Part shown: positions 23,701-37,989 of the stretch, piece by piece
Position numbering within the stretch: position 1 is the stretch's first letter
How the letters are laid out: each line of letters starts with the position of its first letter
NCBI GenBank assembly: GCA_965655095.1
Contig: OZ296654.1
Span: 70,122,001-70,186,000 of the forward strand
Length of the DNA stretch: 64,000 nt
Reading direction: 5' to 3'
Source of the DNA: Haplodiscus bocki
Taxonomy: Eukaryota
The notes under the pieces: generated by a model
What the model was told of the DNA's origin: nothing
Database searches by the model: none
The model's input: the letters and a program-made list of their open reading frames with translations, nothing else
Program-made: the position numbers and the translations under genes

Positions 23701-26700
23701 ATAATTTTAGCCTTTATAATTTTAAATAGTTTCTGTTTCTACTTTACCTTCCATTAAAGGTTCATGGACCACACTTAGCATAGAGCAGTTCCTCAGAGTG
23801 AGTGGGAGATTCTAATAAATTCGCTGAAAAAACATCGAATTTTTTAACGGAGCAAAGTTATGGCCTCCACAAGCTTTTACTGAGATGATAACTCAGACTC
23901 TTCAAAATAGGACTCCATGTTTAACTCTTGCAAAGAAAACGTAAGAAAAAGCACATGCCTATTGAACTGAAAACATGGACACAGTGAATGAAACTCCTGC
24001 CTAGGGAACTTTTTCGTAGGAAAAAAGTTGATGAGCGGCTCATTATATAATTTCTGACAGTTTCAATGGTGCTATTTTGACTAAAACGGAAATTTGTGGA
24101 GAAGAAACGTGGAATAGGAAGTCAATCAAAGCTTCTACAAAAGATTATTCCGGTTTTGCGTTTCTGAAAATTTTCTTTGTGAAGCTCAAATTTCCAAACC
24201 CATATAACTTGTTTTGATCTTGGTTCAAAATTTTCGCGACGTCATTCAGTCTCGTTACGAAACTCCGAGATCATATCACAAACGATTTAACAGTTTTTTT
24301 GGGTGTGAAGCGCTACGTAGGTTTGCTTAAACGTTTCTGTAAAGCTTGGAATTTCCAGCAAAACGAAAGTTTTGGTTCCTCAATTGCAATAATTATCAAA
24401 AGAAGGTTAAAAATTGACTTACAGTTGTCTATTCCGGACAAATTAGAATATACTCATATTACAATTGGAAGAAATATGAGTTTCATTGGTTTCAATTGTA
24501 ATTTAGACTATCAACTTATCGCCGGCTCAAGCAGAAATTACAATGTCAGGCGACAGCCATGTTGTGAAATTGAAAAACTTTGAAGATTTTTAACCTCTCA
24601 AAAAGCTCGGAGTTCCAGGCGTACGTGCAATGGCACTGCACCGCAACATTATACAGTTCAAGACATTCACTGCGTCAACTGTGTTTGCTATCTTTGTAGA
24701 CGGAAATTCTACAGTCACCGTCACCCTTTTAAGTTCAGAGTTTTCTTCAGAGCTCGATAGGAGATTAATTTTGAAAACACGAAAAAAAGTAGAAACTGTT
24801 CAGTCCTTTCAAAAAGTGCGTTTACTTTTGAAAAGTCTTCTGCTCTCTGAATGCCTAAAACTGGATGAAAGCGTTCTTATATTACGCTACATTTTTTACT
24901 TCTCAACATTCTTACAGTTCTTTGATGTTCGAATACATCAGTCAACTGGCTGAGTGGATAACTAGAAGAAGGCAAGTAAAATGGCAAAAATTTCAATTAC
25001 CAAACGAATTGTACAAAAGATATTGTATATTTTATATCATATTCCGAAACTAGCTTGTGGTTTAAATTTTGATGTCGTGGATGAGCTCACTGGAGGTTGA
25101 TAGAAAGGAGGAAAGGTAGCTGATTTGATTTTAAAAGGATCAATTTGTACAATATTTGCATTCGGGCTGGAAAATTTTCCGTTAGTGATCGACGAGATCA
25201 AGAACTTTTGCGGTGATAATGTTTGCAGGCATCCGTGGAAACGAACTTTTGAAGGGTTGTTTCCACTCTTCTAGAGAAACGTTGTGCGAACATTAGATTC
25301 CAGTCATTTCTTGAAAACTGAATTGTTGCTCAAAAACTTTCATTTTTTAAGCACTTCCAACAACTAAACTGTCAATGTACTCATCGTCCAAGGAGCAAAC
25401 CTCTAAAAATAGCTCGAAAGAACAGAAAAGTAATCAATATCTGATTCATAGGCAATGATTGGCATTTTGATGAAAGTTTCGTCCAGATGGAAAAAAGTTT
25501 TGAAAGGCTTTGTTTGGGAGCTTTTTTTGCGCAAAAAAGAACAATCCGACATGTTCCAACAGTTGAAAAGAGCGCAAGTTCAATGGCTAGAAAAATAGAA
25601 TACCACAGAATCTGCGACCAAACAATTTTACCCAATATTGTTTTGATTAGATTTTGTTTTCAACTTACGTTCCATTCAAGTTTTCTTGACCACCTCAAGC
25701 TTGTAGCAGCTCCACAGAACGGGAAAACTCTAGTAAAGTGGTCCAAAAAAAAACAAAACATATTTTTAAAATTAATATTCAATATCTGAGAAATCAAACA
25801 CCCTCAACAAAGTTTTACTGAGATGTTAATTCAAAATTCAAAAATTAGGACTCAATGTTTAACTCTTGCTTGGAGAACATAAGGAAACACAGGCCAGCTG
25901 ATGTGTAAACACGGGCAGAATGAATGAAGTTCTGCCTAGGGAATTTTTTGTAGAATAAAATGGATTTCTCAGAGGCAACTTCCTACATATTACTCGAAAG
26001 GTATCGAAAACTATAACATCTGACTCCTATGCAATGTTATGCAAATCGATGAAATTGTCGTCCAGATGGAAAAAGAATTCGAAAGAAAACAAACAAAAGG
26101 TTTTATTTGGGAGCGTGTTTTGCGCAGGGGAATACATTCCACCGTCTCCAATAGTTTAAAAAAGCAACAGGTCAATCGCTATTTATACAGGAAACCACTG
26201 AAACTGCGACCCAATAATTTTAGCCTTTATAATTTTAAATAGTTTCTGTTTCTACTTTACCTTCCATTAAAGGTTCATGGACCACACTTAGCATAGAGCA
26301 GTTCCTCAGAGTGAGTGGGAGATTCTAATAAATTCGCTGAAAAAACATCGAATTTTTTAACGGAGCAAAGTTATGGCCTCCACAAGCTTTTACTGAGATG
26401 ATAACTCAGACTCTTCAAAATAGGACTCCATGTTTAACTCTTGCAAAGAAAACGTAAGAAAAAGCACATGCCTATTGAACTGAAAACATGGACACAGTGA
26501 ATGAAACTCCTGCCTAGGGAACTTTTTCGTAGGAAAAAAGTTGATGAGCGGCTCATTATATAATTTCTGACAGTTTCAATGGTGCTATTTTGACTAAAAC
26601 GGAAATTTGTGGAGAAGAAACGTGGAATAGGAAGTCAATCAAAGCTTCTACAAAAGATTATTCCGGTTTTGCGTTTCTGAAAATTTTCTTTGTGAAGCTC

Positions 26701-28150
26701 AAATTTCCAAACCCATATAACTTGTTTTGATCTTGGTTCAAAATTTTCGCGACGTCATTCAGTCTCGTTACGAAACTCCGAGATCATATCACAAACGATT
26801 TAACAGTTTTTTTGGGTGTGAAGCGCTACGTAGGTTTGCTTAAACGTTTCTGTAAAGCTTGGAATTTCCAGCAAAACGAAAGTTTTGGTTCCTCAATTGC
26901 AATAATTATCAAAAGAAGGTTAAAAATTGACTTACAGTTGTCTATTCCGGACAAATTAGAATATACTCATATTACAATTGGAAGAAATATGAGTTTCATT
27001 GGTTTCAATTGTAATTTAGACTATCAACTTATCGCCGGCTCAAGCAGAAATTACAATGTCAGGCGACAGCCATGTTGTGAAATTGAAAAACTTTGAAGAT
27101 TTTTAACCTCTCAAAAAGCTCGGAGTTCCAGGCGTACGTGCAATGGCACTGCACCGCAACATTATACAGTTCAAGACATTCACTGCGTCAACTGTGTTTG
27201 CTATCTTTGTAGACGGAAATTCTACAGTCACCGTCACCCTTTTAAGTTCAGAGTTTTCTTCAGAGCTCGATAGGAGATTAATTTTGAAAACACGAAAAAA
27301 AGTAGAAACTGTTCAGTCCTTTCAAAAAGTGCGTTTACTTTTGAAAAGTCTTCTGCTCTCTGAATGCCTAAAACTGGATGAAAGCGTTCTTATATTACGC
27401 TACATTTTTTACTTCTCAACATTCTTACAGTTCTTTGATGTTCGAATACATCAGTCAACTGGCTGAGTGGATAACTAGAAGAAGGCAAGTAAAATGGCAA
27501 AAATTTCAATTACCAAACGAATTGTACAAAAGATATTGTATATTTTATATCATATTCCGAAACTAGCTTGTGGTTTAAATTTTGATGTCGTGGATGAGCT
27601 CACTGGAGGTTGATAGAAAGGAGGAAAGGTAGCTGATTTGATTTTAAAAGGATCAATTTGTACAATATTTGCATTCGGGCTGGAAAATTTTCCGTTAGTG
27701 ATCGACGAGATCAAGAACTTTTGCGGTGATAATGTTTGCAGGCATCCGTGGAAACGAACTTTTGAAGGGTTGTTTCCACTCTTCTAGAGAAACGTTGTGC
27801 GAACATTAGATTCCAGTCATTTCTTGAAAACTGAATTGTTGCTCAAAAACTTTCATTTTTTCAGCAGTTCCAGCAACTGAACTGTCAATGTCTTCATCGT
27901 CTCATGGGCAATTTCCTACAAATTACTCGCAAGATACAGAAGGCTACAATAATCTGACTCATATGCAATGATATCCAATTCGATGAAATTGTCGTCCAAA
28001 TGGAAAAAGAATTCGAAAGAAAACAAACAAAATGTTTTGTTTGGGAGCGTGTTTTGCGCAGGAAAAATCAATCAACCATTGCCAATAGTTTAAAAAAGCA
28101 AACGTTTAATCGCAGAAATACAGAAAACTACCGAGCTAGCGATCAATTAA
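20740..28150. repeat. Wider higher-order array built on an approximately 0.6-kb diverged monomer
   Basis: GATGAAA..GTCCAGATGGA.AAA motif recurs at about 21030, 22955, 23535, 25470, 26050 and 27980; diverged flanking copies at 20740-21930 and 27860-28150. Confidence 0.8.
21933..27861. repeat. Tandem duplication of a 2513-bp unit, about 2.36 apparently identical copies
   Basis: Identical ORFs at 22117, 24630 and 27143, and at 22974 and 25487; offset 2513 throughout. Confidence 0.95.
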
Positions 28151-30439
28151 TTTTAACAAGGATTGGATAATCGTTGAGATATAGATTGCTGGTGGCCATG
28201 ATAGTTGCGCTTACTCAAATTCAATACTGGCTCTAGATCCGCTAGGTTCACTACCACTGGTTTCTGTATTGTTCGGTCCATGGTTTTTTGTAAGAGCTGG
28301 GTTAACGAAATTTTTGATCCCGTCTATAGCGTTGGTTAGTCTATCCTCAAGAATAATTAAGAACTTTTTGAGTCCACTCGCAATAGCGCTATCAGCCCGT
28401 TTGAAAGCACTTGAAAATCACTTTCTGTTTGGTTAGGCTCAACTAGGACAATGGAACCTGCGCCGCTACTGTCGGCTCTTCGTTTTTTTTCAGAACCAAT
28501 CCTTTGATTTTGGTGGGCTTCTTCACTAATTCTACCTCCCTTCCAAGACGTAACTTCTAATCTAAAATGCGAAAATAAATCAAACTGCATGACTAATCCG
28601 AAATCAAATTCGTGAACGTTATTTAAGCCCATGATCAATCAAGTCTAAATTACAATTATTGCTATGGAACAAAAAGCTTTGTTTCTTACAATTTCAGGGA
28701 ATCAAACAAAAACTTCTTATTTGATTCTCAAAACATTGTTGAAAAAACAAAAATTACATGACATTCACGAGAGAAAAGTGAGTCCTACTGATCTCAAGGT
28801 TGAGTTTTAAAATGTCTCTGTGCTGTCATCTACTGTAGGAGTTGCACAGCATTTCCCATACAGGCCATCCCCTGCGACACTTGTTTAAATCTAAGTTTTG
28901 TTTTTTCGCCATGTTTTTTTGTTTTTTCCAGTAGTTTACACTGGTGAAATGAAATAACTCAATTGAAAATTTGACGAAGTTTCCAAAATCAAGAAACGAG
29001 AAGAGAGGTTTGCTTTGCGATTAGGTTTTATGCCGAAATCGGATATAAAAATATTTTCAAATCCTTCAATGTTCAAAAATTTGTTCTGCTTTATTTTTTT
29101 GTGAAGTGAACAAGATTTTGTGAAAAAATTTCCGCTTTTCTGGATTCAAGTTCTGCTTTGATATAAAATCTGTGGAAAAAAGTAAAGTTCCTCGGTTTGG
29201 ATCGGAAATGTTTCATTCATCACGGAAACAAAATCAAGATTAAAAAGTCTGCTTTCGGACTACGGAGCAGACTACGGAGAGCCGATATCCGTTGCCATTT
29301 TTCCAAGCAACAGCGGTATCTGCCACTCTTCTGCAACGAAAAAAATAGTTTCTTTTTTTGTTTCTTGTCCGCCTGTGCTCATTCGTCGTAAATAAGTTTG
29401 GGGAAAATTTCGATCCGGGAAAGTTTTTTGTCACCAGAGACTACACTGAATCTATGTAGACTCGATATGCACAAATAGATCATTTATTTAAATTCCCTAT
29501 TCTCAACGACTCTCTTGTTCTCACATGTTGTCAAAGTGGACCAGGATGTAATTGTGGACAATAGATTCTATGTGAGCTCCTTCCTGACATTTCAGCTCTT
29601 TGGAGGATCTTTGTGTCCTTAGGTATGATCAGCTCACCGTGGACAAACCAATTTGAGACAAACTCCTACTTGCAGGAAAAGTGCAAATATTTCCAGAGAA
29701 GAAGACCGGAAGAATTTCAGAAATTCCAAAAAAAATTGCAGCAAAATAAATGGAGCTGGGCTTCTTGTTGACTGTTTGCATTTTACGAACTTTTTGCATT
29801 TTTTTCTGAAAATATTTCCGGGCAAACTTTCCTGTTCCAGCATACCTCTTAGAGAAAGAATTCTTCAGTTGAACGAAAATGACACCGACATTAAAAGGTG
29901 TCTTAAGGGCTACGAAAGTTCACTACCCACCGCTCTTTTGCAACAACTAATTGAGCACGCTCCTCTTTTCCTTCACCTACTATGCGCCTTCATGAAAGAA
30001 TTTCGGACAGAATTTCAACCCGTGTAATTTGTGATATTTTCAACAACACTCATAACACAAAGTGAAGCTAAGGTTAGTATGAAAGTGAAATTTTGGAGAG
30101 TTTATTTGTCTTTGAGGGGTATATATATTTTTTGCAGTAGTTTGGGGGAGATATTGGAGGAAGCCTAATTCCTCAACAGTCCTGAAATTGCATTAAAAAT
30201 TACCACAGCTGTTCCAATAACTCAATGTCGAATCTCAAATTCCAAAGCCAGTAGTATATCAGCTTTCAGGGCCAGCTATTCCTTGTATTCAGTTTTCCTT
30301 GTATCTCTTGGGTCGTACGAAGATCTTTCTGTTATTTTGTCTCATAAAGTGTAGTGGAAAGCTTCTGTTGCCTGATCTGAGATCGTAAATCATGCAAAAT
30401 TTCAAAATCTTGTCTGAGCTAATTAATGGACATGCTTGG

Positions 30440-31150
30440 TAGCCAAATGCACATGAGCAACCATGTGGAACCCCAACATAAAATCCAATGAGCCAAGGCT
30501 AGAGCTTGCGTTTTGCAGAAGACTTGTTCTATTGAGATTTTTCACACTTTTTTCATTCATCAAACTTTCAATCTTCACTGAAGTTGTGTGAGACAATGAA
30601 AATCAGAATTGCTGGATTTTTTCTCAATTTCTCCAACCGCTAGAACTGTTTGTTATTGGAAGCCCTGTTACAGCTGAAATTAGTTTTTGCCCACAACTTC
30701 TGATACAATTTCATAGTATTCTGAAACTTCTGAACTTGTCTCAAAACAAAATTGGCCGGCAAACAACCACTCTTAACACGACACACATCCTTTTTATGAA
30801 ACCTGCAAGCTAATTGAAGTGCTATAGAGACCAAAGCTCTAAAGCGTCATCGTATGGACATCAAATCTAAAGAAGTAGAAGTGCAAGTGTAAAAATCATA
30901 TTTCAATTGACTTTGTTTCTAGAACGATGTTGAATCCTGTCGCCGGGTTCACTCTTTTTTTATCTTCAATAGTTTCGACATATCGCTCTTTTTCATCGCA
31001 GATAGTGGAAATCCTTCGGCATTGCAGCTTAACCCAAGGGCCTATCGGCCCTGGAAGCTGGGCTCTAATGCCCTCGGGTTGTTCAAATATTCTTTTGACA
31101 AAGGAATAAAGGAAATGCCTCCTTTGAATTTGTTTTGGCATGCATTCCTC
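30440..31150 (-). repeat. Dispersed decayed sequence, inverted paralogue of 58170-58920
   Basis: Shared blocks include GATGACGCTTTAGA, CTCTATAGCACTTCAATTAG, AACAGGGCTTCCAA, TGAAGATTGAAA and GTTCCACATGGTTGCT. Confidence 0.8.
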
Positions 31151-33989
31151 AATAGTAGAGACGTTAGTTTTAGAGCCACCAAAGAAGGACGCGAACTTTT
31201 ATTAGTCGACGTCTAATAAGTCTGAGCTCTGAGTTTGCATGCTTCGACTCGGGCGATTTTTCATGCGAGTCCACAATAACATCTTCTTTACTCCTTCAAA
31301 ACCTTACAAAAATATAGCGGACTTAAAATGTCCGGTCAAAAATAATTTTCGTTGTTTGCGTGGCTGGCTCCGTAATGCCCCACTCATCGTAATGAGCGTC
31401 GCTCAAAGGATTCTGTTGCACAAAATGCTAAGGTACATCTCTATGACAGCAACCGGGGTACATTTAAAAAGTTTGTCGAAAGTTTCCGATTTCTGTGGTT
31501 GTCTCATTTTTTTTTCACCAGCATATTAGAGATCAGTTATTGGTTTTTCGATATAGGTGTTAGTTATAACTAACCCGGATTCCTCACTGGATAAACGCTC
31601 ATCGGAAATCGGCTGGGCGGAAGCTGCTTCTTCTGCTGCTGATGCGGTGCCTACTTCTTCCACGGATTTGTGCTCCGGCATTTTCTCCGTGTCAGAATCT
31701 TCTCCTCGTTCCACTTCATTCCTCTCCGAGTGTTCTTCTCCAGCTGCAGTCATTCTTCTGGATAATTTTTCTTCTGAACTCTGAATGGAAGACAGTTTCG
31801 ATGTCTTTGAAAAAGAAATCGACTGTAAATGAATTGATTAGGTTTGAACCTATCAAGTGGCTTTGGGACCTATTTAAATTATTTTCCGAAATTGTGAATT
31901 TTGAATAGTCTCCACTCTATAAAAAGATTCCATTAATTGCAATTATTCCAATTGTTGAAATTAATGGAATCTTTCAGAACTCAGTATCGATGTAAAAATA
32001 GAAATTTATAATTCTCAGTTCAAACTTTTAAAGGGGTCAAGATTTAAAGAACATGCCTCAAAACCAATGCTAGGGATTCATTGCGTTTATTTTTTTCTAA
32101 TCACTGTTATAATTTTGAGAAAATGGTTACATTGTTAGAAAACGAAGGTCTCAAGTGTTTTCGATTTTCATTGAAAAATCTTTTTTGAAAGTTTTCTAAA
32201 CCTCTTTCGCAGTTTCAGGAAGTAATTTGCTTTCAGTTACTCAAACTGAGATAATGAAAATTTTCCCGCCGAAGCGATCTCATTTTCCGTCAATTTTTCA
32301 GGAAGTGATCGATCCGAAGCAGCATGACAAAATGGTGAAGAAAAATCTTAGGTAATCGTGGTAGCTCGTGAAATATTTTCAGAAAGCAAATTACGTCACA
32401 ATCAAAACTCCAAACCGCGTGAATGAATTGCTTTTGAAATTGATTTGATTTTGATTTCTGAAAAATGAATGACATCAAATTTTGCATTAAAAGACTCAGA
32501 ACCAACCGCACAGAGCTGAAATTGAAAATTCAGAGGTTTTTGTTTACTCCCTACAGCTAAACTTCTTGAATAAAATTTCATTAGTGGTTCAAAAGTATGA
32601 GGTTTTTTTTCATTTTGCCCCTAATGAACTACGGTGCAAAAACGGCGGTAAATATACAATGAAAAGTTGAAAAGCAAGCACTTTCATCAGCGAAGCACAC
32701 GAGATCACGAGATTTCTGATATGTTTGCATGCGGTTGTAAATTTGCCGATTGAGTATAGGCAATGTTTACGGCTAGCAAAGCAGGCAAAATTATCAATCG
32801 TAGACATGTAAATCCACCCGGGCTTGAGTCCTAAATTCCCACTACATTGCGGGTTATTTCAACAGACTGTGCAGAAAAGCACTCGTACGACGAAGTCAAG
32901 TGTGCCTACAAAGTGCTTGTAATTTTTTTGATTGATTCGATGTTTTTTGTCGATAGTTCTGAGAGTTTTAGGCGATTCATCTTTTTGATAGCTTTGCATT
33001 GCTATTATTTTTGCAGGCGATTTCAGCAAATAACAAAAATTGAAAATCAGTTTCGCCAAAATTATCCGCTGTCCCTACTGTGTGCCCCCATCCCCTCAAA
33101 TTCAATTGACTTGAAGGTTTGAAAAGATAATAAGAGGCGCAGCGGCTTAGTTGATCGAAAATTTATTGAGCACTTTTGAAAATAAAACCGTGAATTTTGG
33201 CCAAAAAGTAAGTTGGAAGTAGGATCATCCAATGCCAATTGCATTTTAGCAATTTCAGATTGTCAGGTTTCCAATGCAACTAAAAGTACCGAATGTACTC
33301 TCAAGTGTTAACGTTGTACAAACAGCCATTGATAAAGACCTTGTAAGAAAAAGCCAAAGATTAGGTTTGCAGATCATGAGTTTAGACACCGAGAAAAATA
33401 GTTATTGAAAGCACTTCCTGGCAAGTTTTGCCTACCAGCCGTCCGATGCCAGGTACAGAACCAAAAATGACAGTATAAATTTCACGGAGGAAGGGCATAC
33501 TGTTCTTGTGGATATGTTTGAAAATTACTTTCTTTTGCAACTGTAAATTTTGAGAAAATAAATCTTCTTTGTTCTTTTTGGATTCGACAGATAACATTTT
33601 CCAAGCAAGTAAAAAAAATCAAAGAATATTGGAAGACAATCTACATAAGAGAACTTGAGAAAAAATCCAAATGATAGATTTTGGAGGGGAAAATGTTCAA
33701 ATATCTAGATCACTGGTTACAAAAAGTATTTTGGGTTTTTCCTAGTAAATCCCCAGCCTACTGCAAAAAACCTATCCCCGAAAAAAGTACGTTGACAAAA
33801 AAGATCGTCACTTTCAAACTCTTCCTCGAAGACACTTTATGTTATAAGTTAAGCTAAGATATCACAAATTAGTTCATGTGAGCGTAATGAGTGAAGTATA
33901 CCATCGTAAAGAAGCGACTACTCACTCGCGTTATTCATTCAGAAAGTTATGACTTCATTTCTTCGTTTCATTCCTTCGTTACTGAAAAG

Positions 33990-34730
33990 TGTTCTGATGC
34001 TTTTTAGAAAAATATGACAACAATATGGATTTTATGGTAGTCGGAAGTTATATTTTTTTTAAGGAAACGGTTGGAAAAATGTCGGAAGGTTCCGTTTTTT
34101 TATATGTCATTGGTAATTTCATCAAATTTGGACGGAGGCTTCCAGTAAAGTGCAGGAAGACAGAAACAATAACCTAACCTTATTTCTGGTGGTCAAACAA
34201 ATTGCAAGGAGCCTAAAAAAATAAAATTTGATAATGGAGCACAATTTGTAGAAAATGATTGCAGGTGAAAAGAAATCAAAAGATATAGCCGATATTACTC
34301 AAACAATACTGCAATTGCTCAACAATTCAACGGAACGATTCGCGGAAATCTCAACAAACGAGTTTCTGAAAACATAGGTGCTAAATGGAATGGTAATTTG
34401 TCTGTTTTAGTCAAAGCGTATAACAATCCAGTTTATGGGGTCACAAAAATGAATCACGTTAACGCTGCATCCAAAAAGAAGGAAAAAAGGTTCAAAAGAA
34501 TGTAAAAGACAAACGCCAAAAACAAAAACCTCAGTGGAAAGTTGGCAATCTGGTTACAGCTGCTAAAAAGGAAACATAAGTTCGCTAAAGACGACACAAC
34601 TATTTGGTCTTTTATAATACACATAAGTACTGAAAACAATAGTGATACGGTTCTTGCTAATCAATCAGCAGACTGTTGAAGAAAAATGTATAATGAAGCC
34701 CTTTTGAAAAAAAACAACCTTGAAGAAAAA
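33990..34730 (+). pseudogene. Polinton-type rve integrase remnant
   Basis: LYVIGNFIKFG, KFDNGAQF, AIAQQFNGTIR, VKAYNNPVY, KPQWKVGNLV, FAKDDTTIWS and YNEALLKK, in the order of Polinton integrase motifs. Confidence 0.75.
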
Positions 34731-34761
34731 AAAACGAGAGAGCTAGGATTAGTTTGGCGCG

Positions 34762-35950
34762 AAATTAGGTCAAAATGTCTTCGTCCATTACTCCCTAAAA
34801 ACCAACTTCTTTCTCAACACTATTGAATAACCAATTACACAGCGGGAACGGCTGCAGAGACTTAAAAATGTTTTTTTAATAGTTGTGCAGAGAAAAATCA
34901 TTCTGATACGGTCTATCAAAAACGTATATCTTTTAAATGACGTCTTCTTTGTAACTACTATCAAGAAAACGCTTAATGGATCTAAATTATGAGACGATTC
35001 ATAGTGTTGAAGTTTGGCATCGTTAGTTAAAAGTCAAAAACATCCCAAGATTTCACCATAACTCTGTGAAGAATCATCATCGTTGCAGCTAAAAGTTCTA
35101 TGAGCAACAATATGTTCCTCCGTTCTGATAACGGAGTGTGCACCTGAGACAGGTGGTCTGTTGAAGGAAACAATGTTCAGCATATGACTTTCTGGTAAAC
35201 TTCGTTGTTGGAAGGCAAAATTGACGTGAATAGAAACAACAATTCCACTTCCGTTCCTTAAATCAGAATCCTTTTTCTCTGTGTAGTTATATCAATCATA
35301 GAACAGATCTTTCTATGTACATAAACTCAGTGGGTGCTTCAGATAAATCACGCTTCGATAACACAGTTTCCAACTTCATATTGGTTATGTATAGTGTTAC
35401 AGAGAAACAAATACTTCTGTTTGAGAATTTTGAATCAGCCCGTCTGAACGGTCTTACTTCAGCATCAACAAGATTTCTTTCCATTGTTAATTGTTACCTC
35501 TTCTTGTTCTTCGACGGAACCAAAAACATGCTTCAACATAATTTCTAATTGATATTTTCTTTTCATTTTTCTTTTTCTCTTGGTAGTTGACTCTCCTTAC
35601 GTCCTATTCCGATTGCGGTCAAATCCATTATATGAGTCCTCTCCACCGTTAATAGAATATGGCAGTTTATACAATAAGCATGCAACATGAGCAGGATCGA
35701 TTTCTTCTAAAACTTTTCCATTACTATTTTCTATAAATTATGTTAAAGGAAGCCATGCGATCTAAAAAATTCAATCGTAAATCAGCTCCATCTGCGAATC
35801 TAAAATCGCTATCAATGATTGGGAATTCAATGTAATTACGAGATCTGTATCGGGTGGTGTATACCCTAGATCATCACATGTGAAAATCGATCGATTCAAA
35901 TTATACTTCTCATGTAGCTGAATTATTACAAAGAATGCATGATGATCTGA
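34762..35950 (-). pseudogene. Putative Polinton major capsid protein remnant
   Basis: Fragments LHEKYNLNRSIFTCDDLGYTP, GKVLEEIDPAHVACLLYKL, GFDRNR, PTEFMYIERSV, FNRPPV, SQSYGEI, YVFD and NGRRHFDLI resemble Polinton capsid-type proteins (from recall, not searched). Confidence 0.55.
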
Positions 35951-35979
35951 TAAAAAATAGCGATTGCTTTCCAAACCTT

Positions 35980-37930
35980 TATCTGTTTTGGCAAAAATGT
36001 CTTCTTTTATCATCTTAAAATGAGTTTTTCAGTCTTTTTCCTGCAACAAAAACAGCATATTATCACAAAGATCTTCAGGATCAGCAACAATTGAAGCAGG
36101 TCTTTCAAGCAAAGTTAAGGCAACCCTATCTCCAGTACTTTTTTTTACATCTACAGACAGCATCAAATCTCAGTTCTCCGAAAAAAGCGACAAAAAAATT
36201 TCGACCCCAACTCTTGGAGTGTCCGCTGAAACTATTGTGTTAATCCGCCCTATATTTAAGATGGGAGGAAAATTTTCCGCGCGACGACAAAGTTTTTTAA
36301 AATCATTTTTGTCAATTGCGTTCACATTTTTAACCGATCTTTGCCAATTGTGATCACGTTTGGAAAAACAATTTTGAAAACCCTGCAGAATTCAACTCGT
36401 CACGTGGATGAAATTTTGACATCCTTGCAGAAAGATTTTCGCCAAAAACCCGAAACTTTTCGCTGATTTATGAATTTGATTGTCAAAGATTTTTAAACTT
36501 TTCCAAAGAAATTGTTTCTCCTGGAGCTGTTCCTTCGGACAGGTACAATGCTTCATTAATTACCAAACTGAAAAATTTTTGCCAGTCTCCGAAAGTTTCC
36601 TTCACTGGGAAAAAGAACAACTTTAAAAATCTTCACAAAAATTTTTTTCTGAAAGTTTACTCCACAGAAGTTTCCCTGAAATTCCTTTAAAGAAAAGTGA
36701 ATATTCCTTTGGAAAACTAGATTGCAGGTTAGACAACCCTGTAAAACTTTTCCCAAGAGTCCGATAGATTTTTGCTCAAAGTTCTAAAAACAACTAAGTT
36801 TTTCCAAAGAAAAAAATTGTTCTCGCAAGGTTCCAATCGGCACGCAGAATGCAGTTTTGACAATCTTGCTGCACATTTGTCTGTAAAAGTTTTAAGCTTT
36901 CAAGGTTTCCAGAATTAAACGCTGAAAACTTTCGTCTGAACACGTTGAAAGTAGTGTTAAAAAATTCCTTTTTAACATCTCTTTGCATTTAGTGTGCTAC
37001 GAGACGGCATTCTCGCACCCTAATCCATTTTTGTTTATCTTGAATTTTTCAGCCATTTCGTTCCAGAGTAACCCACTGTTGAGGAATAGGACGCACCAAT
37101 GGTGTGCCTCCTGTAGCACGTTTGCCAAAAAATAGACTGGGAAGAGAACAAGTCTCGAAACGTTCAGAAAGTTGTTCCTTTGAAAAACAACAAGAGTTTT
37201 TCGAAATGAAATTTGACTGTTTTTTAGAACCGCTAAAGTGACGGATTTTCTGTAGAACATGTATCAAATGATATCACTTCATAAGAAAAGCTTTCCCACC
37301 TGAAATTGTAACGATTGAAAAACGAAAATCTAGAAAACTTCAGAACTGAGGAAGCTACAAGTTAGGATTAACAAAAAGAGTGTTCTCAAATGTACGCTTC
37401 TGTTTTTTCAGAAGCATCTCTACCACAATGAGAAGCAGAAATCATGCCAGAAGCAGCCGGCCGTCTAGTTAATTGTCATGTCCAGAAGGTCTCCATTCAA
37501 CTAATAAACCTTATCAATGTAATCAAAAGTTAACGAACAACCGAATTTCGTAACAGGCACCATAACGTTTATGAGGAAATCGTTCCGTTTATCTGACTTA
37601 GGATAATTGAAATTGATTTGTTTTTCAGGCTTAATAAGATTAATTAAATTTTGCACTAAAAAAATGCCACTAAACCCGCTGAATACCTTAACTCTTTTGC
37701 AGTTCCTTTCAAATTTTAAACTGTTTTATTTGTGAAACGACATTTACCATAAAGTTTTCTTTATGTTTCTTTAACTTTTCTAGCCTTTGCTTCGTTTGTT
37801 TTAGTAACAAGTTCGAAAGTTTTTCTTAAATCATAAAAAAGTTTCTGCTTACCCAATTTCTGTTTCACGTGTTGATCTTTCAATGAGGCTACGAATTTTT
37901 TCAATGTAGCTAATTCATCTTTAATTTAAT
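35980..37930 (-). pseudogene. Conserved Polinton hypothetical gene remnant, split by a Helitron
   Basis: N-part KQKLGKQKLFYDLRKTFELVTK...LNGDLLDMTIN (37930-37470); C-part KSTGDR...DPEDLCDNMLFLLQEK (36240-35980). Confidence 0.5.
36244..37468 (+). mobile_element. Non-autonomous Helitron (1225 bp)
   Basis: Starts A|TCCGCCCTATATTTAAGA; ends with GC-rich GCC...CGGC hairpin then CTAG|T. Inserted between A and T, interrupting a Polinton gene. Confidence 0.7.
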
Positions 37931-37989
37931 CTGTAAAGGTCGTTGACCAATGTCACCTAAATCGATAAGTCTTTAGACATTTTTGTAGG

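Noticed and set aside
22117-27566. Repeated 60-107 aa ORFs as a gene family
   Set aside because: Recurrence is explained by DNA-level duplication; no domain recognised.
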